DNA of 64,000 nucleotides from Minisyncoccota bacterium (lineage in GTDB: Bacteria > Patescibacteriota > Minisyncoccia > Phycocordibacterales > DATDWN01). The DNA lies in the NCBI GenBank assembly GCA_036517395.1, contig DATDWN010000016.1, forward strand, positions 11,262 through 75,261, given 5' to 3'. Positions 1 through 9,339 of the stretch are shown here, piece by piece. The first letter of the stretch is position 1; the number at the start of each line of letters is the position of its first letter. A program made the position numbers and the translations under genes. Under the pieces are notes generated by a model that did no database searches, had not been told where the DNA came from, and saw only the letters and a list, made by a program, of their open reading frames with translations.

Positions 1-653
1 TTTATTGTTTATATGTTATAGTTCAAAGAGACTGTCCAACCATCTCTGCTGAACTGCAGGGGCTTGGGTAAAAACCCAAGTAATCTTCCTGAACTGGAGA
101 GGATCATGTTCAATCGAAAAAAGCGTCCTGTGCTCACTGCGACAACTTGCAACGGAATGGAGAACCTGCGTCTAGCAATTGAGGTTCTCACGAGATAGAT
201 ACAAACATGTTTCTAAGCAACCAGCTTTCCTTCGACGATCCCCAGCAAGTTTTTCAAGGAATAGGTAGACCCTATTATTATCCAGAGTCTGCTTTGAAGA
301 AAGGTTATGCCAAGCCGAAGTCGAAAACTTATAGGATTGGGGTTTATAAAAACTATCCAAAATCTTTCGAGAAAGAAATAAAGTTAGTGGGGATAGAATA
401 ATCCTTAGGTAGTTGCATTTCTTGGTTTCTTTATGTATGCTGTCTCTACTTTTGACTTTATGACTTTATGAATTTTAACTAAATTTTTATGTCACAGGAT
501 AGATTAATACCACTAAGAAACAAGGAATCCGGAGACGTCTTCTGGACTTCGAAAAATAAGAAAAAAGTTGAGCGTAAAATTGAGCTCAAAAAATATAGTA
601 AGACGCTTCGAAAAAGAGTGATTTTTAAAGAGGAGAAGTCACCTCTGAAAGCC

Positions 654-2486
654 TTAAAGAAGTAGAACAAAAAATCGCCAAAAGGGTGTTTTTTTGTTAT
701 ATTGGTGATGTATTGGGGGATTAGTTAAGTGGTATAACAGCGCTCTCCAAAAGCACTGTCGGGAGTTCGATTCTTCCATCCCCCGCATTGTAGCGAATGA
801 AGTCTCAAAAGCTTCTTTTTGCCTTGTAGTATAGCCACGCTTTTTAGGTTCGAGCGAAGCAAAGAGGACTTTCTGAGACCGAAGTTCATTTTCAATGAGC
901 AAATACGGATGTATGCGTTCTATATTGAGCTTTTTATCTTTTAGAGTTAGGTTCGAGCCGATGGTAGAAAATATATTACGCTTCTTTTGAATGTCATCTG
1001 TAACAAAGTGTTTTAACGCAAATCTACAGAAATTAAATGTACGCTCTGTTGTCTCTATGGATTGGTCAAATTTTGTTTTTACTTCATTAAGTTCAGTTTC
1101 AATCGCTCCTCTCTCTTTTAACAACCCTCTTTTCTGTTCAAGATATTCGTCTGGTGTATATAACTCATGATTGATATTTTGAGGTGAAGTATATTCTCGA
1201 TGAAGATTTGCGATACGAGTTTGCACATTATCATAAGTGGCTTGCAGTGAGTCACGAATTCTTTTCTCTCCACTTGTAGAGTCATTTTGTTTTTCAGAAA
1301 GATAATCAAGAGCAACTCTTAGATATTCTTCGTCAATCGTTAGACCAGAAAGAACTTCGTTGAATTGTGTATCGAGGTCTTCAAGTTTTATGGACCTCTG
1401 AGTACAGGTTTTACATGGTCTCTTCGTGCAGTGAAAATAAGTGTAGTGAAGAATGGTGGGATTAATCATCTCTGATATATCTGTTTTACATTTTGCACAA
1501 GCAGTTCTGCCTTCATACGCAAATTTGTATTTACATTTTGTACAAATAATCTGATGTTTTTCTTCTGCTGTGATAGTTCCATTACATTCTCCGCACTTAA
1601 TAAGTCCTGTCGCATAGAAATTTCTAGTTTTTGGTTGAGGCTTACCTTGCCTTCCAAGAAGGACCTGTGCTCGCCAGAATTCTTTTTCCGTAATCATTGG
1701 CTGATGATTACCTTTGTATAATTCTTTTTCTCCGGTCTCATCATTCTTCCATTCAAAAGACCCATAGTAAAAAGGTTCTTTGAACATTTCATAAATCTGT
1801 GTACGACTTAATGGCTTACCACCAAGGCGTTTTCTTATTGTTGTTCTTAGCCCCCATTTGGTATTTGCTGTATCAAGGATTTTGGTCACTGAATATGTGC
1901 CTGTGAGAAACAGGTCCCACATTTTTCGGACAATTTCAAAATTTTTCTCATCGGGTACAATAATTTTTTCTCCTTTGTCGCCTTGATTTTTATAACCTAT
2001 TGGAGCAAGGCTTGGTCGCCAACCCTTTGCGACTCTTGAATTCAAGCCTCGCTTAACATTCTTAGAAAGTCTGACCACATAGTCGGTAGCACGACCACCT
2101 TCAATACTCATAAGAAGACCAGCATCTTCTGGATAGAATGAGCGACTTGGAGTTTTAATTACTTTTATGACAGATTTTTGGAGCATCCATTGTAACCGCC
2201 CATTATCAATCGGATTTCGAGATAAGCGGTCAATATCCCAACACAAAAGACCGTCTGCCTCGCCATTTTGAATACGATCTAGCATTTCATTAAAGACTTT
2301 TCGCCCAGGATCCTTTGCACTCTTTTCTTCAGTGAAAGGTGCTTTTGCTAGAAACAATTCTTCACGGTCTGCAATCTGTTTAAGAGCGTCTGTTTGGTCG
2401 CCAATAGATGCAACTTGCCGTTGAGAGTCTTCAGAACTTTTACGACAGTATACGAAGTATTTTATTTTAGTATTATCTTGGGTCAT
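654..2486 (-). CDS. large serine recombinase (resolvase catalytic domain + recombinase domain + zinc ribbon)
   Basis: N-terminus 'YFVYCRKSSEDSQRQVASIGDQ' is the serine-recombinase catalytic motif; downstream 'CGECNGTI...CTKCKYKF' is a Cys4 zinc ribbon; 610 aa. The ORF reads through tRNA-Trp on the opposite strand. Confidence 0.8.
   Translation of the reverse strand: MTQDNTKIKYFVYCRKSSEDSQRQVASIGDQTDALKQIADREELFLAKAPFTEEKSAKDPGRKVFNEMLDRIQNGEADGLLCWDIDRLSRNPIDNGRLQWMLQKSVIKVIKTPSRSFYPEDAGLLMSIEGGRATDYVVRLSKNVKRGLNSRVAKGWRPSLAPIGYKNQGDKGEKIIVPDEKNFEIVRKMWDLFLTGTYSVTKILDTANTKWGLRTTIRKRLGGKPLSRTQIYEMFKEPFYYGSFEWKNDETGEKELYKGNHQPMITEKEFWRAQVLLGRQGKPQPKTRNFYATGLIKCGECNGTITAEEKHQIICTKCKYKFAYEGRTACAKCKTDISEMINPTILHYTYFHCTKRPCKTCTQRSIKLEDLDTQFNEVLSGLTIDEEYLRVALDYLSEKQNDSTSGEKRIRDSLQATYDNVQTRIANLHREYTSPQNINHELYTPDEYLEQKRGLLKERGAIETELNEVKTKFDQSIETTERTFNFCRFALKHFVTDDIQKKRNIFSTIGSNLTLKDKKLNIERIHPYLLIENELRSQKVLFASLEPKKRGYTTRQKEAFETSFATMRGMEESNSRQCFWRALLYHLTNPPIHHQYNKKTPFWRFFVLLL
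715..785 (+). tRNA. tRNA-Trp (anticodon CCA)
   Basis: Hand-folded cloverleaf: acceptor GGGGGAT/ATCCCCC, D-stem GTTA/TAAC, anticodon loop CTCCAAA (CCA at 747-749), T-arm GGGAG-TTCGATT-CTTCC. One C-A mismatch in the anticodon stem; 3' CCA is not encoded. Confidence 0.75.
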
Positions 2487-2880
2487 AAAATATTTTACCT
2501 ATGTTCAGATTATTATTGTCGTCTTCGTACCCATGAATAATTACTTGTAGACCCGCTGTTTCACCTTTCAGGACTAGTCTCTTTATTTCCATGAGTTGAT
2601 TGAATTTATCCTTCCACATTTCTCCATATTGTTCACGCAAGACCCTTTTAACATTTTTTATATCGTCACTATCAACTACTGGTTTCCGACATTCAAAACA
2701 TTCAATTAATCCGCTTTCATTAATTTTGTAATAATGTGTATGTTTCTGACCCTCACAATTTTTTGAAACATACACATCCACATCTTCAACTGATTTTATT
2801 ATAGCTTTTTTCATATAATTTGTATTTAGTTTACTTGGTAATTTATCAATATAAGCAATATATGCTTGCCGAGTTACCAC
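2473..2880 (-). CDS. hypothetical protein (island)
   Basis: 135-aa ORF overlapping the recombinase start by 14 nt; no recognisable motif. Confidence 0.4.
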   Translation of the reverse strand: MVTRQAYIAYIDKLPSKLNTNYMKKAIIKSVEDVDVYVSKNCEGQKHTHYYKINESGLIECFECRKPVVDSDDIKNVKRVLREQYGEMWKDKFNQLMEIKRLVLKGETAGLQVIIHGYEDDNNNLNIGKIFYDPR

Positions 2881-2941
2881 CCTTTAGCCAAGAAGAAAGA
2901 AAGCCAATTCGGCAAAACGGCAACATATTTATTAACTACTA

Positions 2942-4051
2942 CTAAAATAATCCTTTTTCGTCTTCAACTAAGGGTTTTTCTTCTTCTCTTGGTAGAAAGT
3001 ACAGATTTTGCCTGCCTTGCTTAACACAATCAATCATTCCCTCGTTCACCAACTCTATAAGAGCCATCTGAACATTTTTTGTCCCTGCTGTCTTTTTTAA
3101 CATCTCAACCATCTCTCGTTTGGTTTTACTCCCATCAGGAAGAATGTCCAAAATCTTCTCTTTTGCTTCTTCTTTCTTATTCTCTTGGTCCTCAATCTCT
3201 CCACCATAAGTGAGTTCTGTTTTCACTATTTCGTCTTTAACATGGTCCCGTATAATCGTCTTAAAGGGGTTTATTTCCCTTGTGAGACGGTTTTTTCGCT
3301 GGTATACATCTATCTCTTCTCCTCCTGGTTCGCTCTTCAACATAAGCAGTATTTCCACAGAAGCAGTTTTATCTGTGCTTCCGAAGAGAAATTCTTTTTT
3401 TGGAACCTTGCCCTCAAAGTTGGATGGTTTTCTGAAATGGTCTAAGAAAACTACTGCAACACCCTTATCCTTTAAGATTTTAAGCCTATTAAAGAAGGTT
3501 CTAATTTCATCTGCTTTTTCTTCTTTTATTCCACCTGCAACTGCTCTGAATGTGTCTAGAAATACAACTTTAATATCATAGTAATCAATAACATTTAATA
3601 ACCAGTCAACCCCTCTATCTTCATTGAGGTCTAACTCTGTATCACTATAGACTAAAATCTTTTTGTTAGTTTCACTAAATCCTAATTGTTTTCCTCTTCG
3701 TTGTGCTTCACTTTGCGACATCTCCATGTCGACATAGAGAACATTTCCTGCTTCAGTTTTGAAATCTTTGTTACCAAGAAAATCAATTCCTAATGCGATA
3801 CAACGAGCCATCTCCATCGCAAACCAAGTTTTCTTTTCTCCTGTAACAGAAGCTAGTATGACAAAACCTTCATATGGAATGAGATTTTGGACCAACCATC
3901 TTTGTTTGGAAAATTCTTTATTATCTAGAGTTGTCCAATGCATAGGTTCAAAGAAATGTTTCTCAACTTTTCTTTCTGCTCTTTTATATCCTGCATCCAA
4001 ACCTCTTTCCATAGAAAAATCTTTGAATGTTTGGTTTCTATTTTCCTCCAT
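2942..4051 (-). CDS. RecA-like AAA_25 / RepA-type replication ATPase with C-terminal wHTH
   Basis: Walker-A-like 'SVTGEKKTW', 'YVDMEMSQSEAQRRGKQLGF' and 'VFLDTFR' motifs resemble plasmid/phage RepA-primase-associated ATPases; the C-terminus is wHTH-like. Confidence 0.55.
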   Translation of the reverse strand: MEENRNQTFKDFSMERGLDAGYKRAERKVEKHFFEPMHWTTLDNKEFSKQRWLVQNLIPYEGFVILASVTGEKKTWFAMEMARCIALGIDFLGNKDFKTEAGNVLYVDMEMSQSEAQRRGKQLGFSETNKKILVYSDTELDLNEDRGVDWLLNVIDYYDIKVVFLDTFRAVAGGIKEEKADEIRTFFNRLKILKDKGVAVVFLDHFRKPSNFEGKVPKKEFLFGSTDKTASVEILLMLKSEPGGEEIDVYQRKNRLTREINPFKTIIRDHVKDEIVKTELTYGGEIEDQENKKEEAKEKILDILPDGSKTKREMVEMLKKTAGTKNVQMALIELVNEGMIDCVKQGRQNLYFLPREEEKPLVEDEKGLF

Positions 4052-4220
4052 AATTTTTTGGGATTATTACCTCCTTTGGATTTAAGTGACTTGTTATTGT
4101 ACTAACGAGGCACACTAATTTTTCAAAATACTCAAGAGCCAACTCATCTGATAGAGTCGTTTTGTTTTTAAGCTCGTATAGCTTCCTTACCCTCTGGATG
4201 TACTTCGTTTTATCGACCAA
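4038..4220 (-). CDS. small hypothetical protein (possible excisionase/HTH-like)
   Basis: 60-aa ORF upstream of the ATPase gene. Confidence 0.25.
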   Translation of the reverse strand: MVDKTKYIQRVRKLYELKNKTTLSDELALEYFEKLVCLVSTITSHLNPKEVIIPKNYGGK

Positions 4221-4318
4221 AATAAAAACCCATTCCTAGTTTTGCGGACTACTTGGAGGTTATCCGCAAAACCCGAAATAGGTTAAAGGTTCTCCAAGTA
4301 CAAACACCTACAAAAACA

Positions 4319-4345
4319 ACCGCCTAAAGCGGTGTTTTCTTGCAC
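4319..4345. terminator. bidirectional hairpin (CCGCCTAAAGCGG) followed by a T-run on both strands
   Basis: Stem CCGC/GCGG with TGTTTTCTTG downstream on the + strand and TTGTTTTTG on the - strand. Confidence 0.35.
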
Positions 4346-4791
4346 ATTAATATCAAGTGACAAGAAGACAGTAGCTTTTTAGCTAAACTGAATTTGTCCC
4401 TAGTGAGGTGCCGGTAGCTAGTGCGATGGCGACTGGTATAGTCTTGGAGCCTGTGCTGATGCTGGTGGCTATGAGGGGTGTTTTCTAAACTGAAAATGAA
4501 TTAACCAAAGTATATATCTGTCAAAAAATAAGTCAATCCTATTATCCACCACCTTGAATAAAAGTAATTACTCTGACATGATTAAATTACAACTTAATAA
4601 AAAGTTGACCTAACCCCCATAGTTTTCTGTGGGATATGGTCAAAAACCGGTAAGAGACAAAGAACCCATCATATAGGGCTACTCTTACCGGTCCCTGCGG
4701 GAAACTGCAGGTGGAGGACCTCGGTCCTCACCTATGTGGTGGGCTTTTTGTGTCCAAAATACGAATTATTTTTATTATTAAATAAATTATT

Positions 4792-5013
4792 ATGTATAGT
4801 ATAAAACTACTTCTTGCTATGACTGTTTTTACTTTTTTAAGTTACATGGTTCTTCCTACACTTGTTAAAAAATTACGATTAAAAGACAGTGAAAAAATGA
4901 AGAATAGTTTACCAGTAACCGCAAATGCCAAAGCCGGGTTATTTATTTTAGCAGGAATTATTGGATTATTTTTTATTATTTATATCTTTGGCACAATACT
5001 AGGTTGGGACTAG
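4792..5013 (+). CDS. small membrane protein (2 TM)
   Basis: 73-aa hydrophobic ORF. Confidence 0.35.
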   Translation: MYSIKLLLAMTVFTFLSYMVLPTLVKKLRLKDSEKMKNSLPVTANAKAGLFILAGIIGLFFIIYIFGTILGWD

Positions 5014-5134
5014 TATTTAGTAGATCAAAAAATATTAAAATAATTGCTAGATAAATATTGACTTGTGTTTATATATATTGAGGAGTAACATATGAATACT
5101 TGATTATTAACAAATTACTAATAAAGATACACCT

Positions 5135-5635
5135 ATGTTTTGCGAACATTGTGGAACAAAAATAGAAGGAGGTGCTCAATTCTGCCAAAATTGTGGTAAG
5201 ACAACTTCGGGGACTACCAAAACCACTCCATCAACAAACCCAATTTCTGATCCAGCTGAGGTAAAAACTGAAGCAATAGTTAAATGTGGAAATTGTGATT
5301 ATGTCGGTCCTGGAGAACCAGCGAGATCACCAGGTGCGATTTTTCTAGCTTGGGTTTGTATTGTTATTGCATGGCCAATTACTGTCCTTTATTTTGCAAC
5401 AACTCATAAATATCGATGCCCAAAATGTAAATCAACATTTCTGGGAATTAAGGATAAAGAAGGAAAATTTACGGCTCCAAGTGGTGGTAATAAAAGTCCA
5501 GTAATGATACTTGTTTGGGTTCTTTTAGTAATAGCCATAATCGGCATTCTTTCGTCTGTTGTACTTGCTTCATTGAATACAGCTCGTGAAAAAGGAAGGC
5601 AAGCACAAGAACAAAGTTCAGGACAATATAAGTAA
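5135..5635 (+). CDS. zinc-ribbon domain membrane protein with pilin-like C-terminal helix
   Basis: N-terminal 'CEHCG...FCQNCG' double CxxCG ribbon; a second CxxC pair; C-terminal 'LLVIAIIGILSSVVLASLNTAREKGRQAQ' resembles a pilin/pseudopilin N-helix. Confidence 0.6.
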   Translation: MFCEHCGTKIEGGAQFCQNCGKTTSGTTKTTPSTNPISDPAEVKTEAIVKCGNCDYVGPGEPARSPGAIFLAWVCIVIAWPITVLYFATTHKYRCPKCKSTFLGIKDKEGKFTAPSGGNKSPVMILVWVLLVIAIIGILSSVVLASLNTAREKGRQAQEQSSGQYK

Positions 5636-5641
5636 AAGATT

Positions 5642-6547
5642 ATGTACTGTAAAAACTGTGGCACTAAATCAGATGGTATAAAAAAATTCTGCACTAAATG
5701 CGGTAAAGAATTCTCTAAATCTGACAACGCAAAAGAAAATACAAATTCAGCTCAATCAGCACCAAGCTTTTCACAGACTCCAAGCGAGTCCTCATGGAGT
5801 CCGGGGAGAATAATCGGCATAATTATTGTTCTAGCTTTTATTGGATGGAGTGTATATAGCTCTCAAGATGATGCTGTTGTTGAAAAGAATAACAATGCCA
5901 TAACAGCTTTCGACTCTGGAAATAGTGATCAAGCGATTACCCAATTCCAAGAAGCATCAAAAGATGCAGTGACAAATGATAATAAAATTAATACCTTAAA
6001 AAATCTTGCTTATGTATATTCTTCTAAGGGACAAAATGATTTAGCGATAAGTACATTCAAACAGGCTCTTGCGTTAACTTCAGGAGACTCCTTCGATTAC
6101 TATTTGATTGCTGGAGAAATTGCCATCCTTGAAAATAAGCCGAATTCAGCACAGATATCTTATAATAAAGCATACGAAAAAAACCCTAATGATTTTCAAA
6201 TCAACAATGCTCTCGCTCTTTTCTATCTTGATATAGAGGGTATTGCACCTCAATATGCTGATTATAAAAAAGCTGTTCAATATGCACTAAGAGCGACACA
6301 ACTTACTGATTTACAGTTAGCCAAGCAAAATCTTGGCTTAGCTTATTACTTTAATGAAAACTATCCTCAGGCAATATCGACTTTTAGTAATCTCACTTTG
6401 GACAAAGACTCAACTACTGCATATTGGTTAGGTTTGTCATATGCGAGAAATGGCGATCCGACAAATGCGAAATTTTATCTAAGGAAAGCTATCGCTAATG
6501 GGGTAGATGTACCTCAGGAGGTTTATGATTATATAAATTCAAATTAA
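5642..6547 (+). CDS. zinc-ribbon + TM + TPR-repeat protein
   Basis: N-terminal 'CKNCG...FCTKCG', one TM helix, then TPR-like repeats (LAYVYSSKGQ..., LGLSYARNGD...). Confidence 0.6.
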   Translation: MYCKNCGTKSDGIKKFCTKCGKEFSKSDNAKENTNSAQSAPSFSQTPSESSWSPGRIIGIIIVLAFIGWSVYSSQDDAVVEKNNNAITAFDSGNSDQAITQFQEASKDAVTNDNKINTLKNLAYVYSSKGQNDLAISTFKQALALTSGDSFDYYLIAGEIAILENKPNSAQISYNKAYEKNPNDFQINNALALFYLDIEGIAPQYADYKKAVQYALRATQLTDLQLAKQNLGLAYYFNENYPQAISTFSNLTLDKDSTTAYWLGLSYARNGDPTNAKFYLRKAIANGVDVPQEVYDYINSN

Positions 6548-6548
6548 T

Positions 6549-6941
6549 ATGTACTGCGAACATTGTGGAACAAAAATAGATAAGTCACATAAATTCTGTA
6601 CTAAATGTGGAAATGCAACTGACCCTGCACAAGTAAAGGCCACCGTGACACAACATCCTGTATTAGCACTTAATGACAAGTGGTGGCACCGACTCCTAAA
6701 AGTTTTATATATCATTGTATATTTTCCGTTGTTAGGTATTGTTCCAATGGTTTGGAGTTCAAATGTTCCATATTGCTATGCTTCTTATTCATGCTATGGC
6801 TCATATAGCGAGGCTTTTTGGTACTCAGTTCTCACTTTGGTTATTTATGTAGTGACAATTAGATTAATCAAGATTGCTGTTATATATGTGGCTTTTGGTC
6901 GAAAAGCTGAATGGAAAAAGGAGTTTAAGAAACCTTTCTAA
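6549..6941 (+). CDS. zinc-ribbon domain membrane protein
   Basis: N-terminal 'CEHCG...FCTKCG' followed by TM helices. Confidence 0.55.
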   Translation: MYCEHCGTKIDKSHKFCTKCGNATDPAQVKATVTQHPVLALNDKWWHRLLKVLYIIVYFPLLGIVPMVWSSNVPYCYASYSCYGSYSEAFWYSVLTLVIYVVTIRLIKIAVIYVAFGRKAEWKKEFKKPF

Positions 6942-6945
6942 ATTT

Positions 6946-7410
6946 ATGATCATTTTTGGTTGGGGATTTCAGACAATTAAAAACTTTGGTCCGGCTTTTA
7001 AGAACCTTTGTAGTCATTGTAATAATGAACAGTACTGGGTTCTGACGAGGATCATGACATGGTTTACATTATTTTTTATTCCGATATTTCCATATGAAAT
7101 TACATATCGCCTATCATGTCCTGTATGCAAATATGGACTTACATTAAACCAGAAGCAAGTCAGTGAGATAAAACCGCTTGCTGAGTTAAATCAACTACTT
7201 GTTGAAGGCCAAATCACTCAAGAAGAATATCAAGTTCGGCTAAATCGACTCAATGATGGACCTTCTGAACCAATTGAAGCAGAAATTGTAGAAACTAAGG
7301 CTTTAACTGAAAATGTATCCAGCCTGAGCTACTGTGCAAGCTGTGGGGGCAAGGTTACAGAAGAATTAAGGTTTTGTGGAAATTGTGGAACTCCTACTAC
7401 AACAAAATAA
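6946..7410 (+). CDS. membrane protein with C-terminal zinc ribbon
   Basis: ATG at 6946 directly after the previous stop (the track ORF starting at 6874 overlaps in another frame). C-terminal 'YCASCGG...FCGNCG'. Confidence 0.5.
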   Translation: MIIFGWGFQTIKNFGPAFKNLCSHCNNEQYWVLTRIMTWFTLFFIPIFPYEITYRLSCPVCKYGLTLNQKQVSEIKPLAELNQLLVEGQITQEEYQVRLNRLNDGPSEPIEAEIVETKALTENVSSLSYCASCGGKVTEELRFCGNCGTPTTTK

Positions 7411-7413
7411 TTT

Positions 7414-8361
7414 ATGTTTTGCAAAAATTGTGGCAATGAAATAAAACAAGGAATTAAATTTTGCACTAAATGTGGAAAAGAAAGTTTGCCTATCCAAATC
7501 CCTATTAAAACTAAGTATAAAATACTGTTAAAAAACAAACTGAAGAAATTTCATCAGTTTTTAACAAAGAAAAAATTGATTATTGGGTGGGTCACACTTA
7601 CCATCCTAGTTCTAGGTGCATACTTTATATATACAAAAGGAAAACATAAGATACCGACAGCTGATCAAATACAGAAAGATATTGCGTCTGTTGTTGTAAA
7701 TATCTATTGCGAAGGATCCAATGGGTGGGATGACGAAACTCAAATATCTGGTGGCTCAGGTACTATTATTACTACTGATGGTCTTGTACTTACAAATGCA
7801 CATATAATTCCGCAAGGTAAAGACGAAAGCCTTTACGATAAAAGTTGTTTAGTAAGCCTTCCCGATCCAACAACAGGAGCTTCAAAGGAAATATATTATG
7901 CGAGACCTATTGTGGTCCCAGATATAAGTGAGAAATATGACCTCGCTTTCCTACAAATAGATGATGTTTATTATGATGAAGCAGAAGATAAATTTTATGG
8001 TGAATACCCTAAAGTATTTCCTGCGTATGATGATGAAAAATATTGTAAGGCAGAGGATGTAAAGCTTGGTGAACCAGTTAGAATATATGGTTACCCTGCA
8101 ATAAGTGGTGGATATGCACTCACTATTACTGACGGTATAGTTAGTAGTCTACTCCCAAAATCTGGATACATTATAACTTCTGCAAAAATTAGTCATGGAA
8201 ATTCTGGTGGTCTTGCAGTTGATCAATATGGGTGCAGAATTGGAGTACCATCAATGGTTAGCGGTGATGATTATGAGAGTTTAGGGGTCATCATTTCAAA
8301 CAATCTTATATATGATTTCACGGAGGAAATAAGAACCATATTAAATACTACAGACAACTAA
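7414..8361 (+). CDS. zinc-ribbon + TM + trypsin-like (S1) serine protease domain protein
   Basis: N-terminal 'CKNCG...FCTKCG', TM, 'TDGLVLTNAHI' (His) and 'GNSGG' (Ser) S1 motifs. Confidence 0.65.
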   Translation: MFCKNCGNEIKQGIKFCTKCGKESLPIQIPIKTKYKILLKNKLKKFHQFLTKKKLIIGWVTLTILVLGAYFIYTKGKHKIPTADQIQKDIASVVVNIYCEGSNGWDDETQISGGSGTIITTDGLVLTNAHIIPQGKDESLYDKSCLVSLPDPTTGASKEIYYARPIVVPDISEKYDLAFLQIDDVYYDEAEDKFYGEYPKVFPAYDDEKYCKAEDVKLGEPVRIYGYPAISGGYALTITDGIVSSLLPKSGYIITSAKISHGNSGGLAVDQYGCRIGVPSMVSGDDYESLGVIISNNLIYDFTEEIRTILNTTDN

Positions 8362-9272
8362 TGAATAATTCTAATACTAAAGAACTTGTTATAGGAATAG
8401 TTATTTTAGTCATCTCAGCTTCAAGTCTGCTTATTAAAAGTATTCCTATTATATGGATCGGAGGTTTTATTTGGGGAGGTAGCATGATAGCTAAAGCATT
8501 AAATAACAAAAAACAATATTCTTTTCGGACCACAGAAATTGAAAAAGAAATAATAACATGTGATAACTGTAAACAAAAAATAAGAGTGCCAAAAGACAGA
8601 CAAAGATTTATCAATATTACTTGTCCCCATTGTAAAGAGAGTCCATTTTTGAGTTTATCTGATAGATTTCATAGAAGTCCTAGAAAAACAAAATTGCTTT
8701 GGATTGGAGGTCTAATTTTTGTAATCCTTGTATTTACATATGTGATATTCAAAAGTGGAAATTCTGTTACCACTCCACCTGTAACCCCAGTAGTCGCAAC
8801 CACAATAACACCTCAAAAGACTCAACAACCCTCAATAGTTCCAACCCCAACTAATATAGTTTCTTTTTCAAACGGAGAGTTTCTTACTAAAAATTCTTAC
8901 TATTTACAAGGATCAGGAAACTTAGAAATTAGAAATGGAACCAATAATAACGCAGTAGCGAAACTTGTGAGTACGGTTACAGACAAATCAGTGGCGACTG
9001 TCTATATTGGAGCAAATAACACTTACACCTTAAAAAATATTTCTAATGGAAGTTACAGATTGGTTTTTAACTTAGGTCACGATTGGGATACCATAAGTAA
9101 AAAGTTTACAAGAAATTCTAGCTACTCGGTTTTTGAGGAGAATTTCGACTATACAACAAGATCATCTAGCGATGGCTACTACTACCGAACATTTGAAGTT
9201 ACCCTAAACCCAGTTATTGGTGGGACAGCTGAAACTAATGATATAAACCAAGAAGAGTTTAGTGCTTACTAG
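8361..9272 (+). CDS. membrane protein with internal zinc ribbon (CDNC...CPHC) and Pro/Thr-rich linker
   Basis: TM helices, 'CDNCKQKIRVP...CPHCKE', PT-rich segment, C-terminal beta-rich domain. Confidence 0.5.
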   Translation: MNNSNTKELVIGIVILVISASSLLIKSIPIIWIGGFIWGGSMIAKALNNKKQYSFRTTEIEKEIITCDNCKQKIRVPKDRQRFINITCPHCKESPFLSLSDRFHRSPRKTKLLWIGGLIFVILVFTYVIFKSGNSVTTPPVTPVVATTITPQKTQQPSIVPTPTNIVSFSNGEFLTKNSYYLQGSGNLEIRNGTNNNAVAKLVSTVTDKSVATVYIGANNTYTLKNISNGSYRLVFNLGHDWDTISKKFTRNSSYSVFEENFDYTTRSSSDGYYYRTFEVTLNPVIGGTAETNDINQEEFSAY

Positions 9273-9339
9273 CCACACTCTCGGCCAGGACCATCCATTG
9301 GTCTAGGTAAGTCTTTAATGCTAAACTCAACTTATTACA

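Larger units (their letters stand above)
786..4230. mobile_element. putative integrative element at the 3' end of tRNA-Trp (serine recombinase + RepA/AAA_25 ATPase + small ORFs); right boundary not determined
   Basis: A recombinase gene abuts and overlaps the tRNA 3' end. Replication-type ATPase and small HTH-like ORFs all lie on the minus strand. The island may extend to ~12.7 kb. Confidence 0.5.

Noticed and set aside
9-401. Small ORFs in the first 650 bp (9-191, 172-360, 207-401, 479-670)
   Set aside because: No recognisable motifs; the region may be an att site or flank of the integrated element; not called.
6549-7410. Possible frameshifted single gene or programmed frameshift (track ORFs 6549-6941 and 6874-7410 overlap in different frames)
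   Set aside because: An ATG at 6946 sits 5 nt after the upstream stop, giving two clean, non-overlapping genes; the overlap comes from the ORF-finder taking the most upstream start.
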